From positions 1 to 26,225 of the forward strand of contig JBCAXK010000021.1 in NCBI GenBank assembly GCA_038534095.1: a stretch of DNA of 26,225 nucleotides, written 5' to 3'. The position numbers were made by a program, and so were the translations under genes. This DNA is from Chlamydiota bacterium. Its GTDB lineage: Bacteria > Chlamydiota > Chlamydiia > Chlamydiales > SM23-39. Position 1 is the stretch's first letter. The number at the start of each line of letters is the position of its first letter. Under the pieces are notes generated by a model, which was given only the letters and a program-made list of their open reading frames with translations, was not told the origin of the DNA and did not search any database. Below, piece by piece: positions 26,074 through 26,225 of this stretch.

Positions 26074-26225
26074 ACTTGATTTTGCATTCCTAATATAGTT
26101 TCTCAAAAAACTATAAAAAATAGCACTTCTTAAATCGGTAGCTTTTTCTAAGCGCTAAGCATCATTTTTAGTAAACAAATCTTTTTGTATAGAATATGAT
26201 TGGTTTTATACCTTGTCTAAGAGGA

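Noticed and set aside
26094..26115. Inverted repeat TATAGTTT-N6-AAACTATA upstream of trmL
   Set aside because: Very AT-rich and weak, with no correctly placed U-tract; likely chance.
26121..26158. TAGCACT as a possible CIRCE half-site (also TTAGCACC near 24998)
   Set aside because: No GAGTGCTAA-like second half at 9-nt spacing.

Overview
Core-genome segment of a member of the phylum Chlamydiota, most likely an environmental (non-Chlamydiaceae) lineage. The assignment rests on euo, a Cys-to-Asp MurA, a very long fused SecDF and chlamydia-like gene order. Order: conserved hypothetical, murA, epmB, Zn-ribbon membrane protein, lpdA, lipA, 636-aa orphan, CysJ-like FAD/NADPH reductase, small putative lipoprotein, gltX, tsp, euo, recJ, 248-aa orphan, secDF, uppS, cdsA, cmk-plsC fusion, trxA, DUF2905-like protein, trmL. 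I see no rRNA, tRNA, CRISPR array, transposase or integrase, and I cannot support a new multi-gene system. The best leads are: (i) a ~1.4-kb orphan-carrying segment between secDF and recJ bounded by a 9-bp direct repeat; (ii) a 636-aa Inc/T3SS-effector-like orphan; (iii) an in-frame cmk-plsC fusion; (iv) a hidden 61-aa lipoprotein-like ORF; (v) tsp and euo sharing a divergent AT-rich control region with paired palindromes; (vi) several apparently leaderless promoters. All family calls come from motif recognition, not database searches. Several start codons were moved downstream of the longest-ORF start.
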